This document shows positions 1-7,198 of a stretch of DNA of 18,241 bases, piece by piece. The notes below the pieces were generated by a model. The model worked only from the letters and a program-made list of their open reading frames with translations. It was not told the DNA's origin and searched no databases. Position 1 is the stretch's first letter. Every line of letters starts with the position of its first letter. Position numbers and translations under genes: made by a program. The stretch comes from a virus, in the IMG/VR virus record IMGVR_UViG_3300045988_125687, positions 1 through 18,241 of that record. One strand, written 5' to 3'.

Positions 1-107
1 GCGCGTCCGTCAAGCTCGAAGCCGACACCTATACGGTCAGCGTGTTCGTCGCCAAAGGGAAGACCGTGGACATCGACCTGACCCCGCGCATCCACCGGCT
101 CGACTGA
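1..107 (+). CDS. Duplicate copy of the 3' end of gene 17366..18229 (partial, artefact of the overlap)
   Basis: Identical to 18123..18229, including the TGA stop at 105-107. Confidence 0.9.
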   Translation, partial: ASVKLEADTYTVSVFVAKGKTVDIDLTPRIHRLD

Positions 108-119
108 CCCTGACCCCAC
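1..119. repeat. Terminal overlap, identical to 18123..18241 (circular-assembly redundancy)
   Basis: Base-by-base comparison of the two ends shows 119/119 identity. The repeat starts inside the coding sequence of gene 17366..18229. Confidence 0.95.
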
Positions 120-154
120 ACCATCCATAGCAACCATCACGAAAGGAGTCAGCC

Positions 155-484
155 TTGGTGGACTGGCAAAAATACGAAGCGTCGGTGCGTGACGAAATCG
201 GAGTCCCGGCCGGCGACACCAACCGAGTGCAACGCGCCATCACCAGCGCCATCAGCTATGTGGACGGCGCGATAGACGGTTACAGCGTGCCGGACCCCGT
301 GAAAACGGATTGTGTGACCGCCTGCGCGGCCGACCTGTACAACTCACGTGACGCCCGGTTGGGCGTGATGAACGTCGGCGACGGCACGCTTGAGCCGTTC
401 CGTGTCAGCAGCGACCCGTTGCGCAGCGTGTGGCCGAAGCTCAACGCGGCGGGCGTGCCGACAGGCGGGCTGGTGATCGCGTGA
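155..484 (+). CDS. Head-tail connector/adaptor protein (gp6-like)
   Basis: 109-aa ORF with SD GAAAGGAG at 141-148 and a TTG (155) or GTG (158) start. Size, position after the head genes and sequence style fit the gp6-like connector family. Confidence 0.6.
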   Translation: MVDWQKYEASVRDEIGVPAGDTNRVQRAITSAISYVDGAIDGYSVPDPVKTDCVTACAADLYNSRDARLGVMNVGDGTLEPFRVSSDPLRSVWPKLNAAGVPTGGLVIA

Positions 485-858
485 GTGACAGCCAGATAAT
501 CACCGAGCGCGAAACGCTTATGGACATGCTTACCGACATGCTGGGCGCTCTTGTCACCGTCGTGACCATCGACGCGCAAGAGGCCCGGCCGCTGCCGGGC
601 AAGGTGGCCGTGCTTATCGACCCGCCCGAAATCACCTATGAGGGCTGGCAGTTCGTAAGCACCGCGTGGACGGTTAACCTGATCGCGGGCACGATGGCGA
701 CACAGACCGAAAGCCTCGACTTGCTCATTCCGGTGTTGGAACGCTTACACGAACGGCGTTTGAACATGAAGACCGCTAAACCCGTCACCTACAGTCTTGC
801 GGGCGTCGGCAATCTCGCGGCCTACGAAATCACCCTTAATCCCCTTGAAATCAACTGA
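481..858 (+). CDS. Head-tail joining / neck or tail-terminator-like protein (family not assigned)
   Basis: The frame is open from 430, but GTG at 481 overlaps the upstream TGA (GTGA coupling), giving 125 aa. Assignment is by position between the adaptor and the major tail gene. Confidence 0.5.
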   Translation: MSDSQIITERETLMDMLTDMLGALVTVVTIDAQEARPLPGKVAVLIDPPEITYEGWQFVSTAWTVNLIAGTMATQTESLDLLIPVLERLHERRLNMKTAKPVTYSLAGVGNLAAYEITLNPLEIN

Positions 859-871
859 AAGGAACACAATC

Positions 872-1291
872 ATGGCAAAGACACGCACGCTTGGCCCGGG
901 CAGTCTGAAAATCGGCGCGTCGGACAGCGAACAGGACTTCAGCGCGGACGTCATCAACACCGCTTTGGAACCATCCACCGACACCGAGGACGACGACAAC
1001 TTCTTGGACGGGCACACCGAAGGCGGTTTGCAGACCGAGACGTGGGCGCTCACCGGCAGCATCAAAGAGGACTTCAGCATGGATGGCCTCCAGGTCTGGT
1101 GTCTGAAGCACAGCGGCGAGACGCTGCCGTTCGAATGGGTGCCGAACCTTGAGGGCACCATGAAGCTCACCGGCGACGTGACGATCGCGAGCATCCAGTT
1201 CGGCGGCGACGTCAAGACCAAGAACAGCAACGATTTCAGCTTCAACGCATCCAACGTGAAAGCAGTGGCCTACCCAAACCCAAAAGCATGA
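872..1291 (+). CDS. Major tail (tube) protein
   Basis: ATG at 872 follows SD GAAAGGA (857-863); 139 aa. The N-terminal LGPGSLKIG and the later GDVTI...FGGDV pattern are typical of actinophage major tail proteins. It carries a -1 frameshift Ig-like extension, as many tail tube proteins do. Confidence 0.65.
   Translation: MAKTRTLGPGSLKIGASDSEQDFSADVINTALEPSTDTEDDDNFLDGHTEGGLQTETWALTGSIKEDFSMDGLQVWCLKHSGETLPFEWVPNLEGTMKLTGDVTIASIQFGGDVKTKNSNDFSFNASNVKAVAYPNPKA
1279..1285 (+). promoter_or_regulatory. Candidate -1 programmed frameshift heptamer C CCA AAA (major tail gene)
   Basis: Zero-frame reading is aaC CCA AAA gca TGA, a correct X XXY YYZ phase. The -1 frame is open from far upstream through 1431. 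A stem (1291-1298 ACCGTTGC with 1327-1334 GCAACGGT) starts 5 nt downstream. Confidence 0.6.
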
Positions 1292-1431
1292 CCGTTGCCC
1301 CAACATCAATCCGAATGAGGGCCGGTGCAACGGTACCAGTAAACGTGTTCCTACTGCCGGAATCGGCCGACCAGTCCGTGACCGCGACCATCCGTGACAG
1401 TGCCATCGCCGCCGCGCAGGTCACGATATGA
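1288..1431 (+). CDS. Ig-like (Big_2-like, N-terminal half) segment in the -1 frame of the major tail gene; either a frameshift extension or a coupled 47-aa ORF
   Basis: Sequence MTVAPTSIRMRAGATVPVNVFLLPESADQSVTATIRDSAIAAAQVTI resembles the first half of a bacterial Ig-like group 2 domain. ATGA overlaps occur at both ends. The ORF is too short to appear in the track. Confidence 0.55.
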   Translation: MTVAPTSIRMRAGATVPVNVFLLPESADQSVTATIRDSAIAAAQVTI

Positions 1432-1844
1432 CCGGCAACATCGCAGCCGGCGGCAACGCCACCGTGCAGCTCAAGGGCGCCGGCCAACTCGCCAAAAGCC
1501 TGAAAAAGGCCGGCGCCGACATGAAGGATCTACGCGACCTCAACAAGCAGGCCGCGCAGATCGTCGCCCCCGAGGCCAAGACGCTGGCACCGAAGAAGAC
1601 CGGCCGCCTGGCGAAAAGCGTGCGCGCCGGCGCGACCCAGAAAGCCGGTGTCGTGCGCGCCGGCAACAACGGCAAGGTGAAATACGCGGGCGTCATCAAC
1701 TACGGGTGGCCCAAGCACAGCATCAAAGCCACCCTGTTTGCCAACAAGGCCGCGAAGAACACCGAACCGCAGTGGACGCAGGTTTACGCGGACGCGGTGC
1801 AGAAGATTATCAACCGAATCACGACAGGAGATTTATCGAAATGA
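1428..1844 (+). CDS. HK97 gp10-like head-tail joining / tail completion protein
   Basis: 138 aa. The pattern APKKTGRLAKSVRAG...KVKYAGVINYGW...ATLF matches the gp10-family consensus (AP..TG.L..S...YA..v.yG). Confidence 0.7.
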   Translation: MTGNIAAGGNATVQLKGAGQLAKSLKKAGADMKDLRDLNKQAAQIVAPEAKTLAPKKTGRLAKSVRAGATQKAGVVRAGNNGKVKYAGVINYGWPKHSIKATLFANKAAKNTEPQWTQVYADAVQKIINRITTGDLSK

Positions 1845-2218
1845 GCAACGAGACCAAGACCCCGAACACCCGTATCACCTACTTGGACGGGCACACGGAC
1901 GAAGTATGCGTGACCATGTGGCAGCGCTGCCAGGCTGAGACCCACGCCAAGGCGAAGGGCTGGGGCAGCGCCCTTGACGCTGTGGTGAAGCTCAACGCCT
2001 ACGCCGCCTATGTGCGCTGCCGCCAGCTCGGTTCTACCACGCTGCCGTTCGAGCAGTGGGCCGACACCGTGGTTTCCGTGGTGGACATGAACAACGACGC
2101 CGACCACGCTGAAACCGCCGAGACCTACAGCGGCGACGTGCTTCAGTACACGGCCACGTCAGGTGACGACGCGCCGGATTTTTTGACCAATGGGACTCAG
2201 GCAGCTTCGGCGAACTGA
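1841..2218 (+). CDS. Tail assembly chaperone (gpG-like)
   Basis: ATGA-coupled start at 1841; 125 aa, acidic C-terminus. It sits directly upstream of the tape measure gene and contains a slippery site near its 3' end. The N-terminal 149 codons of track ORF 1394..2218 are an Arg-rich off-frame read of the gp10-like gene. Confidence 0.7.
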   Translation: MSNETKTPNTRITYLDGHTDEVCVTMWQRCQAETHAKAKGWGSALDAVVKLNAYAAYVRCRQLGSTTLPFEQWADTVVSVVDMNNDADHAETAETYSGDVLQYTATSGDDAPDFLTNGTQAASAN

Positions 2219-2364
2219 GTTGCATATTAGCCGCCCGCTTCGGCGGCACGCCGTGGCAGTGGCGGCGTGAGCAGGTGCCCCAAGAAGCCGATTGGGGCAC
2301 CTGTACGGCCTTGTTGCAGGCCGAAGCCGAAGAGACCGAGAACGCAAGACGCAAAGCAAGGTGA
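2179..2364 (+). CDS. gpT-like -1 frameshift extension of the tail assembly chaperone (G-T fusion)
   Basis: Heptamer T TTT TTG (2179-2185) is in the correct zero-frame phase (gaT TTT TTG). The -1 frame has no ATG, is open only from 2167, and runs 59 codons to TGA 2362-2364, 10 nt before the TMP start. A stem (ACTCAG 2195-2200 with CTGAGT 2215-2220) lies 9 nt downstream of the heptamer. Confidence 0.75.
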   Translation, partial: FFDQWDSGSFGELSCILAARFGGTPWQWRREQVPQEADWGTCTALLQAEAEETENARRKAR

Positions 2365-2373
2365 GGTGATCAC

Positions 2374-3945
2374 ATGAAGTCCGCAGTGCTGGCCATCCGC
2401 ATCATCGGTGACGCCACAAGCGCCGTGGCCGCGATGGACAAGGCCGAACGCGCGTCTATGACGTTCAAAGACAAGTTGAACAAGGCTTCGGTTGCCGCCG
2501 CCGCGTCTCTCGCTGCCATCGGCGCTGGCGCTGCAACGTGCGCGAAAAGCGCCGCCGACCTACAGCAGTCGGTGGGCGGCGTCGAAACCGTGTTCGGCAA
2601 CAGCTCAAGCAAGATGCTGGAATGGTCGAACAACGCGGCTCAGGCCGTGGGCCTGTCCAAGAACGAATACAACGAGTTCGCCACCTTGGTCGGCAGTCAG
2701 TTGCAGAACTTCGGTATGTCGGTGGAAGACTCGGCCACCAAGACCAACGACCTTATCGGCCTTGGCGCCGACCTGTCTTCGATGTTCGGCGGCACCACCG
2801 CCGACGCTGTTGATGCCCTGTCTTCGGCACTCAAAGGCGAAATGGACCCTATCGAGAAATACGGCATCTCGCTTAACGACGCGACCCTACAGGCACAGGC
2901 GGCGTCTATGGGCCTTGGCGACTTGTACAAGTCGGGCGACCGCAACGCGAAGATGCAAGCCACTCTAGCGGCCATCACCGCGCAGAGCGGCAAGGCCGTG
3001 GGCAACTTCGCGCGTGAGGCCGACACCGCACAGGGACAACAGCAGCGCATGACCGCTAGCTTTGAAAACGCCAAGGCCGCATTGGGCGAAGCCCTGTTGC
3101 CGGCCCTCACCGCCGCCGCTAGCAAGTTGGCAGAGTTCGCCACATGGGTCCAGGCGAACAGTTCGTGGCTCGTGCCGCTTATCGGCGTCATCGGCGCCGT
3201 CGCCGCCATCATCGTCACTTTGAACGCGGCCATGACAGCCTACAGCGTCGTCGCCGGTATCGTTGCCGTCGCGCAGGGTTCCATGAATCTCGCCTTCCTT
3301 CCGGTCATCGCCGTTATCGTGGCCGTGATCGCGGTTATCGCGTTGTTGGCGATGAATTGGGACAGTGTGAAGCAGGCCGGTGCCGCTGCCGCCCAGTGGA
3401 TTAGCGACAAGTGGAACGCCTTCGTGTCATGGCTTTCCGGCATTGGCGCAAGCATTAAGCAGTGGGGTAGCGATACGTGGGACGGCATCAAGAACACCGC
3501 CAAGGGCGCAGTGGACGGCATCGCCAACTTCTTCGGCGGGCTGAAAGACAAGGTGCTGGGCGTGTTCGACAGCATAATCGGCGGCATCAAGAAGGCGTTT
3601 AACTGGGTATCCGATCTATGGGGCAAGATCACGGGCGCTAGCAGCGCGGCAAGCGGCTTGAGCGCGCAGAGCTACAGCGCGCAAGCCTACGCGCTGCCTG
3701 TTCGGCAGTATGCCATGGCGCGCAGCATAACGCCGCTGGCGGCGACCGCCTACGCGACGCCGAACCTCACCCGCGCGGTACTGGCCGCCCCGCTCAGCCG
3801 CACCGATACGTCACGGCCCACATCGCTCACCGTCAACATCAACGTGGACGCTCACGGAAATCTCGACAACGACAAGGTGGCCGGCGAAATCGTCAGCAGC
3901 CTCGACCGTTGGGCGCGCGTCAGGGGAAAGGAATTGGCACTATGA
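2374..3945 (+). CDS. Tape measure protein
   Basis: 523 aa, Ala/Gly-rich and helical, with a central cluster of hydrophobic segments (WLVPLIGVIGAVAAIIV...VIAVIALLAMNW). Position follows G/GT; SD AAGGTGAGG lies upstream. Confidence 0.85.
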   Translation: MKSAVLAIRIIGDATSAVAAMDKAERASMTFKDKLNKASVAAAASLAAIGAGAATCAKSAADLQQSVGGVETVFGNSSSKMLEWSNNAAQAVGLSKNEYNEFATLVGSQLQNFGMSVEDSATKTNDLIGLGADLSSMFGGTTADAVDALSSALKGEMDPIEKYGISLNDATLQAQAASMGLGDLYKSGDRNAKMQATLAAITAQSGKAVGNFAREADTAQGQQQRMTASFENAKAALGEALLPALTAAASKLAEFATWVQANSSWLVPLIGVIGAVAAIIVTLNAAMTAYSVVAGIVAVAQGSMNLAFLPVIAVIVAVIAVIALLAMNWDSVKQAGAAAAQWISDKWNAFVSWLSGIGASIKQWGSDTWDGIKNTAKGAVDGIANFFGGLKDKVLGVFDSIIGGIKKAFNWVSDLWGKITGASSAASGLSAQSYSAQAYALPVRQYAMARSITPLAATAYATPNLTRAVLAAPLSRTDTSRPTSLTVNINVDAHGNLDNDKVAGEIVSSLDRWARVRGKELAL

Positions 3946-5369
3946 GCACCGCAACCCGCCTTCCCGAAAAATGCCGCGTGTACCTGGACAACACGCTTTT
4001 GCCCGAACGCGCGGACGGCACCGGCCTTCCCGTGCCACTCTCCCCCTTCACCATCGAGTGGGGCGTGAGCGCGCCATGGGACGCTGCCGTGCCCGCCGTG
4101 CTCAAGATCGTGTTCATCGACCCGGACGGCGATTACAGCCGTGTCTACACGACGCTCGCCGGGCACCGTATAACCATCGCGCCGGACTGGACCGAAAACG
4201 GCATCGACAACGGCCCCAACCCGGTGAGATACTGCATGTTCGACGGCATCATAACCGACGTGCAGATACTCGCCGCCGACGCCGGACATGACCGGTTGAG
4301 CATCACCGCGTCGGATCGCGTTTGTGTGCTGCGAAATGACTGCCGCAAGGGCCCCAACTGGAATCAGAACGAGGAAATGGTGCGGGGCTTCCAATGGTGG
4401 CCGAAGGGCAACATCGGCCCGCAATTCAAGGCGTGGCTGGCCAACGACGGCATTAATAACTATTGGTTCCCTTGGAGCACTTTCCTTGCCGGCATCAAGG
4501 CAGACCAGAAATCAAGTCTCCTGGACTGGTTGGAATCATTGAAGACCAGACAGATCAACGGCACATACACCCTTGAGATAAATCGTTCTGTCTTCATGTC
4601 ATACAAGGGTCAGCCGTCCATGGTGCCATCGCTTGAAGCCGTGTATCTCAATTGGGACGTGGAAACCGTCCTTGCCGGCGCGAGAATCATCACCGGCGAC
4701 GACGGTACCGACATCACTCGTGATCATCGTTACGCTGACGCGGAAAACGTGCTGATCGACGAAAACCCGACCCTGACGGCACCGGACAGCTACTACACTC
4801 AGCTCGAACTGCGCTACTCCCATCTCAAACTCGCTTCGTCATCGTCAGGCCAGCTCTACGAGGTCTCCCAGGACGGCAGCCTCGTCAAACAGATTGAAAC
4901 AGCGACGTATGAGGGGGAGAACTGCCTGAGCGTGACAGTCAACTGGGCCGATTCCGGCGCCGCGCAGAACAACATCAACGTCCTGGACACCACGCGCGCC
5001 GAAAACTACCTGAAAACCCAGAATCAGCGCGTCCGACTCCCCCAGATCACCTTCCGTGGCGACCTGTTCTCGCAGATGTTCCTCTACTGCAACCCCCGCG
5101 TCATCACCATAATCGGATCGCGCTTCGAGCGTACCGTGCCGGCCACCCATGGCCCCTGGGCCGTCATCGGCGGCACGCTCACCTACGACGCGACCAACAA
5201 ACGCAGCCGTTGGGCGCACAAGGTCAGACTCTTCCCCGCGCAGGACACCACTAGCCAGGGCAAACCGACCTGCGCGGAACTGAAAAAACTGACGGCAGCC
5301 ACGTTCGGCCAATGCAACTGGAAACTCGGCGCGCTGCGCTACGTCACGAAAATCAAGGAGACCACATGA
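3942..5369 (+). CDS. Minor tail protein (distal tail/Dit-like, extended)
   Basis: ATGA-coupled start at 3942; 475 aa. It lies immediately after the TMP. The N-terminal motif PFTIEWG...VLKIVFIDPDGD resembles actinophage post-TMP tail proteins. Confidence 0.6.
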   Translation: MSTATRLPEKCRVYLDNTLLPERADGTGLPVPLSPFTIEWGVSAPWDAAVPAVLKIVFIDPDGDYSRVYTTLAGHRITIAPDWTENGIDNGPNPVRYCMFDGIITDVQILAADAGHDRLSITASDRVCVLRNDCRKGPNWNQNEEMVRGFQWWPKGNIGPQFKAWLANDGINNYWFPWSTFLAGIKADQKSSLLDWLESLKTRQINGTYTLEINRSVFMSYKGQPSMVPSLEAVYLNWDVETVLAGARIITGDDGTDITRDHRYADAENVLIDENPTLTAPDSYYTQLELRYSHLKLASSSSGQLYEVSQDGSLVKQIETATYEGENCLSVTVNWADSGAAQNNINVLDTTRAENYLKTQNQRVRLPQITFRGDLFSQMFLYCNPRVITIIGSRFERTVPATHGPWAVIGGTLTYDATNKRSRWAHKVRLFPAQDTTSQGKPTCAELKKLTAATFGQCNWKLGALRYVTKIKETT

Positions 5370-5920
5370 CCGTAACCACCACACCCACATTCGGACTCCC
5401 CTACCCGGAAGACAACGAACCCATCGCACACCTACCCGATATCCTCCAACAGCAGGCCGAGGGCATCGAAAAAGCCCTGACACGCTTCGACTTCAACGGC
5501 ACCGACGCCAACCGGTACGCCGCACGCCTCGCCGCCATCGAAAGCATCCTTGCAGGCTACAGTCCGCTGCTCGACGCGCTCGGCACCGTCCGAATCGGCA
5601 AACCGACATACGACCCGGCGAAAATCACCCTCAACGATGCCCTGCTGGTCAGATTCAACAACCTCGTCATCGCATCAATGCGATTCGCCTACAACGCCGG
5701 CGTCATCACCCAGGAAAACGCCTCATACAGCCCGTTCACCGTGCCGCAGGGCTTCGGCAAGGCCGGCTCGACCCGCAACCGAATCAGCATCACCCACAGC
5801 CTGATAGCCCCCGGCGTCGACGACGCGTGCATCTCCGGCCACACGATAACCCAATGGTCGATAACCAATTCCACCAGCAAGTTCTCGCTGATGGGCATCT
5901 GGACCACTGACGACGAATAA
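5366..5920 (+). CDS. Minor tail / tail fibre-like protein (candidate receptor-binding)
   Basis: ATGA-coupled start at 5366 after AAGGAG; 184 aa. The N-terminal FGLPYPEDNEPIA.LPDILQQQAEGIEKAL is a motif I associate with actinophage minor tail/fibre proteins. Confidence 0.5.
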   Translation: MTVTTTPTFGLPYPEDNEPIAHLPDILQQQAEGIEKALTRFDFNGTDANRYAARLAAIESILAGYSPLLDALGTVRIGKPTYDPAKITLNDALLVRFNNLVIASMRFAYNAGVITQENASYSPFTVPQGFGKAGSTRNRISITHSLIAPGVDDACISGHTITQWSITNSTSKFSLMGIWTTDDE

Positions 5921-5942
5921 ACCCCAGCAGAAAGGACAACCA

Positions 5943-6317
5943 ATGGAAGACACCGAACTGGCCGCACTCATCATAGTGGTCATCTTCATCGGCATCGACT
6001 ACATCACCGGCCTCATGAAGGCCGCCATGCAGCACGACATCAGCAGCGAGAAAATGCGGCTCGGGCTCTGGCACAAAAGCGGCCTGATCCTCGTGATGCT
6101 GCTCGCCGAAATCGTGGAACGCGGCCAAGCCTATCTGGACATCGGCTACAACATGCCCCTCATCGTGCCCTCCGCCGTCTACATCAGCATCACCGAAATC
6201 AGCTCCATCCTGGAGAACCTCGGCGAGATCAACCCCGAAATAGCGAACAGCCCCCTGTTGCAATTGTTCCGCAGCGCCAAGAACACGAACGATAACGATG
6301 AAGACGGCAAGTCATGA
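5943..6317 (+). CDS. Holin (LL-H / phage_holin_4-like)
   Basis: 124 aa. It has the IDYITGLMKA motif, three or more hydrophobic helices and a charged C-terminal tail, and sits directly upstream of the endolysin. Confidence 0.8.
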   Translation: MEDTELAALIIVVIFIGIDYITGLMKAAMQHDISSEKMRLGLWHKSGLILVMLLAEIVERGQAYLDIGYNMPLIVPSAVYISITEISSILENLGEINPEIANSPLLQLFRSAKNTNDNDEDGKS

Positions 6318-6397
6318 TCCTCGCCATCGCAATGCTGTGGATCGTCGGCGCAACGGTCGTCATGCTGTTCATACATGGCAGCGACCCTCGCCGTTGA
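6314..6397 (+). CDS. Tiny single-pass membrane peptide (27 aa) in the lysis cassette
   Basis: ATGA overlap with the holin stop. Sequence MILAIAMLWIVGATVVMLFIHGSDPRR. Not in the track because it is under 60 aa. Confidence 0.4.
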   Translation: MILAIAMLWIVGATVVMLFIHGSDPRR

Positions 6398-6504
6398 GCA
6401 CCGCCGCCGACTGGCTGCTCGCCATCGGCGCGATCCTCTTCATCACCATCGTGGCCGTCGTATTCGGTATGGCCATCGCACTGTTCCTGCTCACGCTCAT
6501 CTGA
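6394..6504 (+). CDS. Tiny membrane peptide (36 aa) in the lysis cassette
   Basis: TTGA overlap with the previous stop. The hydrophobic core LLAIGAILFITIVAVVFGMAIALFLLTLI is the C-terminal part of track ORF 6298..6504. Confidence 0.4.
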   Translation: MSTAADWLLAIGAILFITIVAVVFGMAIALFLLTLI

Positions 6505-6517
6505 AAGGAAAACAACC

Positions 6518-7183
6518 ATGACAATGACAATCGACCAATTCATCCAGACCTACAACGGCAGCACCGTTGACGTCGATGGGTTCTATGGCGGCCAGTGCTG
6601 GGATCTATGGAGCCGGTACGCGCAGGACGTTGCCGGCGTACCGCAGTCGGCGACCAACACCGTCAACAATCTCGCCGGCAGCGTCTACACCAGCACATGG
6701 GACCAGCAGCCCGCATTGCGCGACAAGTTCGACCGGCTCCCCGCCGGCACCGTGCCACGCAAGGGCGATGTGGCGTTCTGGGGCAACGCCCCCGCCACCC
6801 CGGACACGCACGTGGCCATCGTCATCGCCGACCAGGGCGGCAGCCTGCTGTGCCTGACGCAGAACCCCGGAGCCACGCATCAGGCCAGCATCACCAAGGA
6901 CGGCCTGCTCGGCTACCTGCGACCCAAGACCGCCGCCCCGGCCGCGCCGAGCGGCATCGCCGGCGCGTGGCGCGTCAACGTGGCCAAGCTCAACGTGCGC
7001 GCGCAGCCGAGCACCGGCGCCCAGATCGTGGCCCAGTATTCGGCCGGCCAGACCGTCAACCTCGACGGCTGGACCGGCCGCGCGGACGGCTACGACTGGG
7101 GCCGCTACATCGGAGCCGCCAGCGGACAACACCGCTACATCGCACTGGGCCCGGCCGGCACCACCGACTATCTGACGCGCTGA
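6518..7183 (+). CDS. Endolysin: N-terminal CHAP amidase/peptidase plus C-terminal SH3b-like wall-binding domain
   Basis: 221 aa. GGQCWDLW carries the catalytic Cys and DTHVAIV the His. The C-terminus LNVRAQPSTGAQIVAQYSAGQTVNLDGW...GYDWGRY is SH3_3-like. Confidence 0.85.
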   Translation: MTMTIDQFIQTYNGSTVDVDGFYGGQCWDLWSRYAQDVAGVPQSATNTVNNLAGSVYTSTWDQQPALRDKFDRLPAGTVPRKGDVAFWGNAPATPDTHVAIVIADQGGSLLCLTQNPGATHQASITKDGLLGYLRPKTAAPAAPSGIAGAWRVNVAKLNVRAQPSTGAQIVAQYSAGQTVNLDGWTGRADGYDWGRYIGAASGQHRYIALGPAGTTDYLTR

Positions 7184-7198
7184 ACCACAGACCACGGG

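Noticed and set aside
1-119. The 119-bp identical termini could be phage direct terminal repeats, LTRs or IS ends
   Set aside because: The repeat begins in the middle of the coding sequence of gene 17366..18229 and has no inverted-repeat or target-duplication structure. This is the signature of an assembler closing a circular or permuted genome, not a biological terminal repeat.
745-1330. Long minus-strand ORFs (745..1254, 851..1330). Similar cases are 2697..3233, 3852..4424, 4845..5483, 5790..6263, 6605..7195, 13743..14447, 14735..15376, 15664..16329, 16399..17244 and 17888..18241
   Set aside because: All lie antisense to strongly supported plus-strand structural genes. They have Arg/Ala/Gly/Val-rich shadow composition and lack SD sequences or operon logic. 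They are typical high-GC antisense open frames.
1394-1840. Arg-rich N-terminal 149 codons of the 274-aa track ORF 1394..2218
   Set aside because: It overlaps the well-supported gp10-like gene (1428..1844) in another frame and has extreme Arg/Gln/Pro composition typical of off-frame reads of GC-rich genes. The real gene starts at the ATGA-coupled ATG at 1841.
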